Positions 12,614 through 22,600 of a stretch of DNA of 64,000 nucleotides are shown piece by piece. Under the pieces are notes generated by a model, which had not been told where the DNA came from, ran no database searches, and saw only the letters and a program-made list of their open reading frames with translations. The DNA comes from Entomortierella parvispora E1425. Its lineage: Eukaryota > Fungi > Mortierellomycota. Position 1 is the first letter of the stretch; each line of letters starts with the position of its first letter. The DNA is taken from the NCBI GenBank assembly GCA_020891255.1, contig BQFW01000015.1, positions 868,001 to 932,000 on the forward strand, written 5' to 3'. A program made the position numbers and the translations under genes.

Positions 12614-12853
12614 CTTCTTGAGATGTTGGACGCGGAGGGTGGAGAGGTGGAGAAAAGAAGGACTGAAGAGACGGAAGGAAGGGCGGCCGGACAACAGAAG
12701 CGAGAGAGAGAGAGAGAGAGAGAATAAGAAAAGAAAGGAAAAAAAAAAAAAAAGCGAACAACATGAACAGACAAAACAACAACCATGCACACACACTCTT
12801 TTGACTGAACACACTGAACACTGCACTGCTTGCTGCAACACACCCACAGCACG

Positions 12854-12866
12854 CACGTGTCACGTG
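12854..12866. promoter_or_regulatory. Tandem E-boxes (CACGTG x2; the second is in GTCACGTG, Cbf1-like context)
   Basis: CACGTG at 12854-12859 and 12861-12866, upstream of the RSC gene and ~16 bp from the element's left end. Function is untested. Confidence 0.35.
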
Positions 12867-12882
12867 CACATGGGGGATTTTG

Positions 12883-12915
12883 TTTTATCCCATTCTCCGT
12901 ATACCGGGCAAATTT
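12883..12915 (+). repeat. Left terminal inverted repeat candidate
   Basis: TTTTATCCCATTCTCCGTATACCGGGCAAATTT. It overlaps a perfect 16-bp palindrome CGGGCAAATTTGCCCG (12905-12920). Confidence 0.65.
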
Positions 12916-13490
12916 GCCCGTTAAAAGTTCTGACGTGAGGTTAAACTTGAATGGTGTTGAAAGAATCGATGGTTAACAACTTGAAATCCGATATTCCTGT
13001 TGCGATATCAGGATAGGCGTGTTCTGTTCCTGTTATTGAGGTACTAAAGAAAACATTCATAGACGTGGAGGAGGAGTTGGTTACTTGGAGGGATATCAGA
13101 ATACCTGATGCTCTCGAACTTGAACTTACTTCGACGGCTGATGGATCTTTTACTCTTTTTGCCAGATTCGTTTCTATCAATAAAAAAAAAATTATTCCAG
13201 TGATTTATTTTATTCCAAGTGATAGATTGATGTCTTTCTCCCTCTCCCATCATTTTTTGTTTTTTCTACCTCTTTCTTCTAACAGCGTGCATGCCTTTCT
13301 CATTATTCTGTCCGCCTTACCCTATCCCTTCTCTATCGCACACACTTACACGCCACACTCACTCTCACGCTAACGCGCGTCTTACTGTTGTAAGTTCAGT
13401 GGTCAGCGATCGTCACTCGTGCCATCGAGACAGACTGGAAGCGAGCAAGAAACTCATAGCATCCTTGAAATTTGCCTGAACAGGTTCAGA

Positions 13491-16400
13491 ATGGGCATCA
13501 AGGGTCTGACTCCATTTATCAAAGCCTGCCCCGGAGTTGTGGAAGACTTGAAGACCAAGACGTGCCATATCGACTTTCCTGCAATGTTTTTCGCCCTCTT
13601 GAATGCGCGCGCCTTCTATGCAACTGTCAGCTCCGAAGCCAAAAAGTCTCGAAAGCGATGTGCCCTTGAAAGGATCCCTAACGCCCATTCAGAAGGAGTC
13701 ATCTCAAAGAGACCAGGCACGTCCATGCAAACAACCGACTTTGACTCAAATGGCCCTCCATCAAAGCATGCTCGTCTATCATCTCCAGAAGCAGACTCCA
13801 ACAAGGCTTGCGATGACAATACTCTCAGAGCTGCAGGTTCCGAAGAACTGATCTCAACCTTCAAGGGTAGTGATGTTGAAGCAGCCCCGTCAAGCTTCCT
13901 TGAAACGATGCAAAGGCTGCTTCAGGAAGAACCATCTCAGATCTTCCTTGACAGCGACGGTGCCCTTACAACCACGCAAGATCTCAACGAAGACATTGTA
14001 AGCATTTTTTTTTCTTTTTTTTTTTTTGTCCCATAATGCTACTTCTATGATACCTTCTAACCAATCTCCATTGATATCATCAGTATTATCGTCACATTGG
14101 CTTAGCTGTTCATGGGATCCTTCTTAATCATGTGTCTCCAGACTGCACGACGATTCACCAGGATGGACCTCGGTCTGTTGAGAAAGAAAATGCACATCAG
14201 AAACGAGACAATGATCTGCATAGACGGATGGAAAAGCTTCGCGAGGATATTGAGAAAGGGAGACTCAAATGCACCAAGAAGTTGTACAGGCGTCTTAAAT
14301 CCTTGTATCGAGCACCACGTAAGGCCCTGGATCAAGTGCTAGATGTTCTAGAGGAGAAGGGGTGGACCGTGTGTCGGTGTGCGCACCAGGCCGATAACTG
14401 CATAGTCCGCTGCGTCGCGCAAGCTACAGACCCTTCGAATATACGCATCATCACTAAGGACTCGGATCTAATAGTCTACGAGGTCTGCATGTCAGTTACT
14501 CTTCCGGTGGGTAAAGAGTGGACTACATTCAAGAAAGCTGATCTTTTGGAGCAGTTACAACTTCCCACCTCGGCCCACCTTCTCCTCCTCGCTGCCTTGA
14601 CCACAAACGACTATGCCGACGGCGTTCCCTTTTACGGCTTGGTGTCTAACGCTGATATAGTGCGGAAGCTGCAAATAGAGAGGCTCGAAAGCATTGGTGT
14701 CGAGGAGAAATTACTTGATTTCAAGAATCAACTCTCTCACTGCTTGAGCGAGATTCACTCCAATGCTTTAAGAGTCAGGGACGCGGCCCTCGAGAACAGG
14801 AAGAAGCGGAAACAAAAGGTGTCAGCATCAAAAGCCGATAGGAAGGACGAGATGAGAATCGACAAGGCGCAGCGGCAGCTGGATGTTACCATCAATCATT
14901 TCGACATTGCTATAAGGGTTCTGGTGACCACTGAAGAGCATCCCCTTACGAATACCACCGCTGATCCCAGCCCTTCGATGCCCGACATCTGCAGCACCCT
15001 CACTACTCTCATTAGGGATTTAGAAATGGCGAAGGCTAGTCGGTATCGCTACATTAGAGCTCAAGCACCCGATGTGGAGCCATCTGTATCCAATGCCCAC
15101 CAACCTATGGATGTTGACTCAAGTCCTGAAGCCGCCAACCTTGCACCACCCCCTATCACCCTAGCATCTCCCCCTATCAAAAGAAGCGGCAAGAGGAAGA
15201 AGCGCAATAGCACACGCGCTCAATCAAAGCGAAAGCAAAAGTGGCGACAATCAATGTAAGTATATAATGTTGAATGTTCCTTCCCAGCTATGTCATGCCA
15301 TTCTTGTCAAAATCAATTTCAATAACACTGGTTTACTTCTAGGTTTCGCTCTCGCACTGATCTAACGGACCGGTACGTTCCTCAGACTGCACATCTCAGC
15401 GCTGCTAGCCCCATTGATGACGCAAACCTGCACGGTCTTGAGCCCGCAGCGCCCCGGACATACAAACCCAAGGAGAAAACCACCAACAACAACCAACCTG
15501 TCCCCCCTCCTCAGAAAAAAAGAAAAAAGATGTTGGACTACCGAAAGGAGAACGCCAGTCCAGCTGCCCTGAAAAAATCGTTCAAGTCAGTTTTCGCATC
15601 AGTAACTCTTACTACTGGATCTGTTCGAGGATGCCTCCGACGAGCAACCGATCTCTCTATGGCTGACACTGAGTTGATTTCCCAAAGAATCGACATGGCG
15701 GTGTCTATTGTGAATACTGCTAAGCATTACGTGCTAAAGATGCTCGAGATGAGAATTCTTCGAGAGCTGCTCTCTGGTTCGCCGCAGACAACTCATAGCC
15801 CCGCCGCGGTCCGTGAGATGGCCCAAGGCACAGTCATGAACGATGAACAGGCAAACCAAAACGCTCCGGCAACCAACAGATCAGCACCGTTTCTAGAAAA
15901 GATTCTAGACTCGGATTGGGCGGAGTTGGTTGTAGGGAATTTGATGTCTTATGTCCTTCGCAATTCAACTAGTGTTCGAGGACCTAAGGCCCACAAGCCA
16001 ACGTCACAAGATGCCCTAGTGGAGGCACGTTTGATATTCGAAGGATTTAAAGAGCTGTATCCTGGTTTCAAAGCCGTCAACCCATCAAATATACCCCTCG
16101 GCGTAGTCATCGATGATTTGGCTCCAAAAATATGCCTAGATATAAAGATGCACTACAGAAAACTACCAAAGACGATCCGCGCAAAGGTATCACCTATTTT
16201 CTCAATGAGTGCTACGCAAATAACAGAGTGTATCGAATTCTAACGTCCTTCTTTTCATTGAATTCAGATGGAGAAACTGGGCTTTGACGATGCCGATCTT
16301 CCACAAACAGAGGAAGATGCTGAAGACGACAGCAACGTCGACGCTGCACCTCCAGAGGGTGACGAGGAGGATGACGAGGATCCAAGACAGAAGTCCAAAA

Positions 16401-18052
16401 AGATTGTCTTCAGACCTCGCCATATCTTGACATGCTGGAGCGACCTTCAAAAGCTTCCAACTCCGAGCCAGCCTCAGTTTTGCATTCAGCCAAAGATGAC
16501 AGACAGTTTCATTGACATCAGAGAGGAGGGGCTGATGAGGATTCTGTGGGGAAGGGATGCAGGGTCTGTCGGTGAGATATGGGAAGGAGGAACTCATAGC
16601 CACCAATGGGCCAAATCTCAACTGAGCACCGCAGTCGGTAACATCATCAAGACGCTTTTCATCGGAGATCGAGAAAGCATTCGACTAGCAAAAAAGCAGC
16701 AGACAACGTATGGCAAACGCACGACAACTATGGACGAATGCTTTAGGTTGTATCCTGAGGTCTATGGGCAAGGACCGCTAGACAGATATCTTGTTGACCG
16801 GATCAACTTTTACAGAGTCCGACATAATGAGTCCATCTTGACTCAGTCTTCGTTCTCTTCGTCTTCATCCTCGTCATCTGTAGTAACGCCATCCCTTCAG
16901 TCCAACCCCCCATCATTGCCAGCCCCTCGTCAAAGTCGCACTCGATATGCACTGAATAATTTCATCCGGACGGACGGCCATCAATTGCAGCTGCTGGGCT
17001 ATGATCTTACCAGGAATCGACAGGCTCCAGGCCACAAAAGCTTTATGAAGCGCATCGAGAACCAATGCCCCACCCGTCAGTCACTGATTGACACTTTTGG
17101 TGAGAACTTGGAGTCCGTAGTGGTGATCGGAATTGACCCTGGGGAAGTGGTGAGCGGGGCATTTTGTATGCGTCTCGACGAAGACACGGTCGTTAACTTA
17201 GTAGTAAGGCGCGCATCACTCTATCAGCCCACACTGGCCTTCAGAACATGGGAGGAAAACTGGAAGAGGCAATATCCGCAAGCAGGCCCTTCAGACAAAA
17301 TCGATACAGAGCTATGGACACGAAGAGCAGATGGACAGGAGAGACCCACTTCTCTGCCCTCCCTGTACGATTTACAGAACGCCCTCCGTCCAACTTCATA
17401 CGATTCCTGGGACTCCCTTGTGGCTGCACACCAACGATACTTCAAATTGGAACCCATATTACACGGATTCCATAGTTCTCCAGATCGGAAGAAAGCGGCG
17501 CACCAACATAGGATGGCCAAGTTGTCTGAGATGGACTTGGCAGTGGCGGGTGTTCTGAGAATGGTCGACGAGGCACTGGAGGGCATCCCTGTCAAAGAGA
17601 GAAAGGTCTTTTTCGCTCTCGGCAATGGAACGTTTAGGACCGGACTCAACCTCACCTCGTTGCACACTACATTCCTACGTCGTCTTTTTCAAAAGGTACA
17701 AATGCGTGTCCTTGGTTTGCCTTTGATCTTATCAACAAAAAAAGGGATGCTCGTGACGCCTTCCATTAACCTGTTCCATATTAACTTCTTCCAATAGAGC
17801 ACGGCCCTAGGATACCACGCAGCTTTAGTAGACGAGTACCTGTCATCGACTATGTGCCCGACATGTACCGCCAAGGATGAGCAGACCCGGTTAGCCAAGC
17901 CATCCATGCGGGTGTGCGCCTGTATCCAGTGTTCGCGATGGATCCATCGTGACCTGGTAGGCGCACACAATATCGCGCTCATTGGAGAGCAGTACCTCAA
18001 GACGATGGGTCGACCCCAGTCTCTTGCAAGACCACAAGTTCAGTCACTATAG
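13491..18052 (+). CDS. XPG/FEN1-like (PIN) nuclease fused to a Fanzor/TnpB-like RuvC-zinc finger nuclease, 1401 aa
   Basis: Exons 13491-13997, 14084-15255, 15343-16186, 16268-17695 and 17798-18052 total 4206 nt; all junctions are GT-AG and phase-compatible. N-terminal motifs: MGIKGL, CHIDF, HQDGPRSVEK, HQADNC, ITKDSD, TNDYADGVPFYG. C-terminal motifs: FIRTDG, VIGIDPG, FFALGNGTF, VDEYLSSTMCPTC, CIQC, IHRDLVGAHNI. Confidence 0.9.
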
Positions 18053-18150
18053 ATCGAAACTATAGTTATATTTATCCTACATTTGTCCTAAGGCTAAATT
18101 TGCCTGTGGTACAGACTAAGGGATAAAAACGACCTTCTGACTTACCAGGC
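18046..18150 (+). ncRNA. Candidate omegaRNA (scaffold ~18046-18128 plus flanking guide)
   Basis: Lies between the RuvC ORF stop and the right end. Hairpin ACTATAG/CTATAGT (18046-18066), hairpin AGGC/GCCT (18091-18105), and enclosing stem TTTATCC/GGATAAA (18071-18077 with 18121-18127). No expression data. Confidence 0.55.
18096..18128 (-). repeat. Right terminal inverted repeat candidate
   Basis: The reverse complement reads TTTTATCCCTTAGTCTGTACCACAGGCAAATTT, 25/33 identical to the left repeat. Confidence 0.65.
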
Positions 18151-18339
18151 ACCACTCCTTCTAGTTTCTACTCCGCGTATCGATCCCTGTTCCCTTCCGC
18201 CCTTTCTTTGTCATTTCCAGGACCTACTAGGACAGCTTCTCTGAGCACCTATGGCTTGATAAATAGCTTATTTCCTAAACAACCTCACTGCCTACACTTT
18301 ACGTCCACGTTTACACCCTCAACTCTCCAGCCTCAATCC

Positions 18340-18711
18340 ATGGAGTTCTTGCAGTGCATGAACGCTCTTGCGGTCGTCTTTTTGGCCGTGATCCTCGCCA
18401 TATTTGCCAGGGCCATCCCCGAATATGATGATCCCAGCGCGACTCGAGGCGCGCTCGGCAAAAAACTGCGCCAGTGTATCTTTGACTGACAGATGGCGAA
18501 CGTTACTGAATTGGGAGAGTGCAACGGAAGCATCTGGCCCATCCTCAGGACATTTTGTCTTGACCAGATCCATGAGCAGTACCTGAATTGCTACAATAAC
18601 TGCCACAATAGCAGCTGGCCGACCATCGAGGTCGAGGTCGAGGCTCTGGCCGACAATGATTTTGAAGACTTTATTTCCCAATCCTTCCATCAGTCCCAGA
18701 CCCAGTGGTAG
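18340..18711 (+). pseudogene. Small secreted Cys-rich protein interrupted by an in-frame TGA (18487-18489)
   Basis: Signal-peptide-like N-terminus MEFLQCMNALAVVFLAVILAIFARA. The frame continues after TGA as QMANVTELGECNG...CYNNC...QW. This could be a pseudogene, readthrough or a base-call error. Confidence 0.55.
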
Positions 18712-19602
18712 ACAAGGAACGCGTGCATTGGGGGCCAGTGGACGTTTTTAAAATTGAATGAGCCACCGTACTTTCGACATTATCAGGAAGCAACGGCACA
18801 CCGATAAAGGCCCCCATCCCTCACCAAGATTATGTACGTAGCAAAACAACCAAGAGGGAACAAAAGGCGAGAAGGGGAGGAAGGAGAGTTGGCGCGTTCA
18901 CAGCAAGGCGTGAGGGAAATAAAAGACACTTATTTCTTTCGAACGCGAACAACAAAAGGATTCCTGTTCCCCTCTGTCCCTCCCTTTTTCCTTCTACTTT
19001 GGTGAAAAAAAACAATCTTCACTCGGTCCAGTCAAAAAATAAATAAACAAAGGAGACTAGAGAATACTAGACGACGTTAGTCTGAACAGGAGTAAGAGGA
19101 GGGGTGCGACTGCTACACACATATTTCGTCTGTTCGGGGTTCGAGTTCCTTGAAAAAAGGCAATCATGTCCTGCTCCCAACGAGGCGGAACAATTAGAGC
19201 GAGCATCCGCCGGATCTGTTGTTCATCATCACCCTGGCGTTGTCTTTGTAGACAGAGATATGTAAACAGACATGGTACCAACTCTTGACCTTCAGCCACT
19301 CAGCCGCGTGACAACGACAAACAGAGAGAGTAAAGACATGCCTACATGCCTAGTGGACGAGGCCTGAATGCTCTTCCCACCCCCCACCCTTCGCGACGCG
19401 ACGGCACCCCAGAAAATGAAGTCTAGAACACAGTCACTTTTTGTTTTTGGACGCGTTTTTTTTTTTTTATTTTCTCCTGCTCTGGCAGAGACACGGACTG
19501 ACTGCCCTGCAGACTGGTGAGCGTTTGATTTTTTTTCTTTTCTTTTCTCGGTCACCCTGTCGCTCATCCTTCCTCACCATTCCCCATAATCCTTGCCCAA
19601 CC

Positions 19603-22600
19603 ATGGACCAGGCTGTCTTCCAGACCTTGACCGACACTCTCTCGGCCGACACAAACACCCGTCTGGCTGCCGAGCTCAAGCTCAAGGAGCTCCGGATCAA
19701 TCCAGGTACTCCATCCACAGTCAGGACTGCCACCATTGGACACGTGCATTGATTGTGCTTGCATCTCTGCATTACATTACATTACAGTCCGACTCTATAG
19801 ATGCACAGCAAAGACAAAGAGGGAACTGGCGTTTACATTGTTCGGGAGATAATCAGGATGCCAACGGGGATGACAGGTCGGGAATCAAAGCACCATCTGA
19901 CTTTTGAAAACCATGCGATTTCATGCATTAGAGTATCCCATCAGTCTTGTCAAGCTGGCTCTCGCACGGGAATGCAATATTTCGCAGCGTCATTCCGCTG
20001 CTGTCTTGCTCAAGAACTTTGTCGATACTCAGTGGTCAGAGAAAGGCACTCGGTTCCGTGGCCCAGAGCCTCCAGCAGAGGTAGGAAGCGATCAGCAAAC
20101 AGGCCCGCCTTTTTTTAGGTGGCAAATCAAACAGATTCAGGCATGGGGACAGTGTCTAACTTTCGCCCCTTGAGGTGTACTCAACAGACAAAAGCCATCG
20201 TTCGGGATATGGTTCTTTCTGGACTCTCGGATCCCACAAACCGTATCCGCGCATCATGCGTAAGTGATTGCCTTCGACAAGGAGATGAGAATCCAATCTA
20301 TAGACAGGTCTAATCAGAGTCTCTATATATGTCTTTTCTTGTAGGCCTATGTCGTTTCCAAGATTGCTCATCACGATTGGCCAGAGTCATGGCCTAACCT
20401 CCTGGATATCCTTGTTCATCATTTGAAGAACGGATCGGCGGATGAGGTTCATGGATCCATGCGCGTTCTTGCTGGTGAGTATTTTTTTTATTTTTTTTTT
20501 AGGAATTTCCTTGGTTCAAGAAAAGGCGAGAGAGAATACTAACAAGACTCGATTGAATTGACCATGGATACAACTTTTAGAGTTCGTCAATAAGGATATT
20601 ACCCATGTGCAGTTGCCCTTGGTTGCTCCTGTTCTCTTCCCCGAACTCTTGCGAATTTTGGTGTCTGAGCAACTTTACTCACACGCAACTCGATCGCGAT
20701 GTGCCTCCATTTTCCGCAACGCTGTCGAGATGCTCTATACTATCAAGGAGGAACACCCCGAGGCTGTAAAGACCTATTTGACGCCTATCATTGGTCAGTG
20801 GAACGAGGCGTTTGTCATCATCCTTAACAAGAGCACCACCGATACTCCTCAGGTGGAGGTTGGAGAGTGGGGCTTGAAGACCGAGATTTTGAAGGTAGAC
20901 AGTTGGGTAGTGCTGCCATTGTACTGGAGCTCCTGCGCATGATAATCTAACGCCGTATCCTCCGCCGCCCCGTTAGTGCATCAACCTGTCGATCCAAGGG
21001 TTCCCCAAGTTGATGGGGCCATATCTCCTTCAGATTTTGTCAGCAGTGTGGCAGGATGTTCTCCATCTGAGACCCAGATACCTTTCCGAATATGTCAACA
21101 CCAGCGACTCTGTGGGCGAGTCGTTCCAGGATTCGGATGGCGAGACCATTGGATTCGAGTCGTTGCTATTTGTTCAATTCGAGTTCATTCAGATGGCATG
21201 CAGACGCCGCAAGCTGACACAGACTGCGTTCATCGGCCAGGATGGAAAATCAGGAATCTTGCCAGAGCTTGTCTGGAATGTGTTGAGCTACATGCAGATG
21301 ACAGACGACCAAGCAGAGACTTGGATCTCGGACCCTAACCAGTTTATTGCCGATGAAGAGGATGACTCTTACTCTTTCAACGTCCGTATCGCAGCCGAGG
21401 ATCTCCTTTTGACCCTCGTAGATAACTTTGAGAACGAAACCTTGGTTGCGCTGAATCTGAGTGTTAAGCAGGAGGCATCCAATTCGCTGACTGAAAAATC
21501 CAACGGAAACATCAACTGGTGGAAGGCTCAAGAGTCGAGTTTGTTGGCTGTTGGACTTTTGGCTGGCGAGCTCGCTCAGACCATCAAGAGTGGCGGACAA
21601 ACCCCAGTGGAGGTTGGAGCTCTCTTTGACCATGTGGTCCTCGGAAACCTCTCGGAGCACGACTTTCCATTCTTGCAGGGTCGTTCTTTTGTGTTTGCCT
21701 CTCAGTTTGCGTCGATTCTTCCTTCGAACCTTGCATCTCAGTATGTATCGCCTGCCGTTGAGGCTATTTTGAAGTCGCCCTCTGCTGTAGTCAAGGTCTC
21801 TGCCTTGAAAGCACTGAACAACTTCAATCAGTATCTTGACAAGCAGTACATCGTGCCTTTCCAGCGCTCTATTCTTCAGGGTGTTGCGCCTATGATGGAG
21901 ATCACTACTGAGGAGACTCTGAGCCTGATCCTTCGCACGTTGATGACCACCTCCAAGGTTTGTGCCTCATTTCGTCGCCTGCGCAGGGCACCTTTCTTGA
22001 TGGGTCTAGATAATTGCTAACAAGGTGCGGTTATATTTCTGATGTTACATTATCATTAGGTTGATGAGCAAGTGTCAGCTGAATACGAGTCCATTTTGGG
22101 GCCACTGGTGCTGGACAACTGGGTCAAGTACCCTGCTGACCACCTCATCTCCATTGATATCATGGACCTCTTTGACAACTTGGCATTGAACCAGTACATG
22201 CACCCTGCCTTGAGTGCCCGTGCCATGCCTGTTTTAGTTGGCATGATTTCGCCCGAGAACCCTGACAAGGCTATGGTTTCATCTGCAGTCGATTTGTTGA
22301 AGTCTCTGGTCCAAGGAGCTTCCTCGCCGTTGCCTGCTGGTTACGTCTCCCAGTTCTTCCACAATCTGATGTCTGTGCTCTTGACAACGGACGACAGAGA
22401 TATCCTTCAGGTATGAGCTGTCAGGGAGGGTATAATCGAAGCGATACTGACATGTTTGCTAACTATTAGGCTTTTTTTTTTTGAACAAATAACAGAGTGG
22501 ACAGGAGTGCCTTGTTTTCGTTATCCAGAAGGATGTTCAGCAAATTGCTGAATGGTACAGTATATTTATTCATTGAGAAGATGTGCAGAGGTTGGCGAGA

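Larger units (their letters stand above)
12883..18128 (+). mobile_element. Putative Fanzor-type element bounded by imperfect 33-bp terminal inverted repeats; no recognisable transposase
   Basis: 12883-12915 and the reverse complement of 18096-18128 match at 25/33 positions ungapped. The repeats enclose a single RuvC/ZnF-containing gene whose stop lies 44 bp before the right repeat. No TSD was found. Confidence 0.7.

Noticed and set aside
13491-15255. Ordinary cellular FEN1/EXO1/XPG ortholog
   Set aside because: The domain splices in frame to a RuvC/zinc-finger module, sits inside inverted repeats, and has a divergent QAD motif.
16268-18052. Bacterial TnpB or endosymbiont contamination
   Set aside because: The gene has spliceosomal introns and continuous eukaryotic gene context on both sides.
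12860-18150. Target-site duplication flanking the element
   Set aside because: I compared the left flank (...GGGGGATTTTG) with the right flank (ACGACCTTCTGA...) at several possible end positions and found no TA or longer direct repeat.
18476-18492. Micro-intron GTATC...CTGACAG removing the in-frame TGA
   Set aside because: Only 17 nt, far below the ~80-110 nt introns seen here, and it would shift the frame. A 105-nt alternative from GTGATC (18388) has a weak donor and would delete part of the signal peptide.
18712-18830. SECIS element for the UGA gene
   Set aside because: An ATGA is present (~18768), but there is no clean stem with apical AA and a matching GA at canonical spacing by eye.
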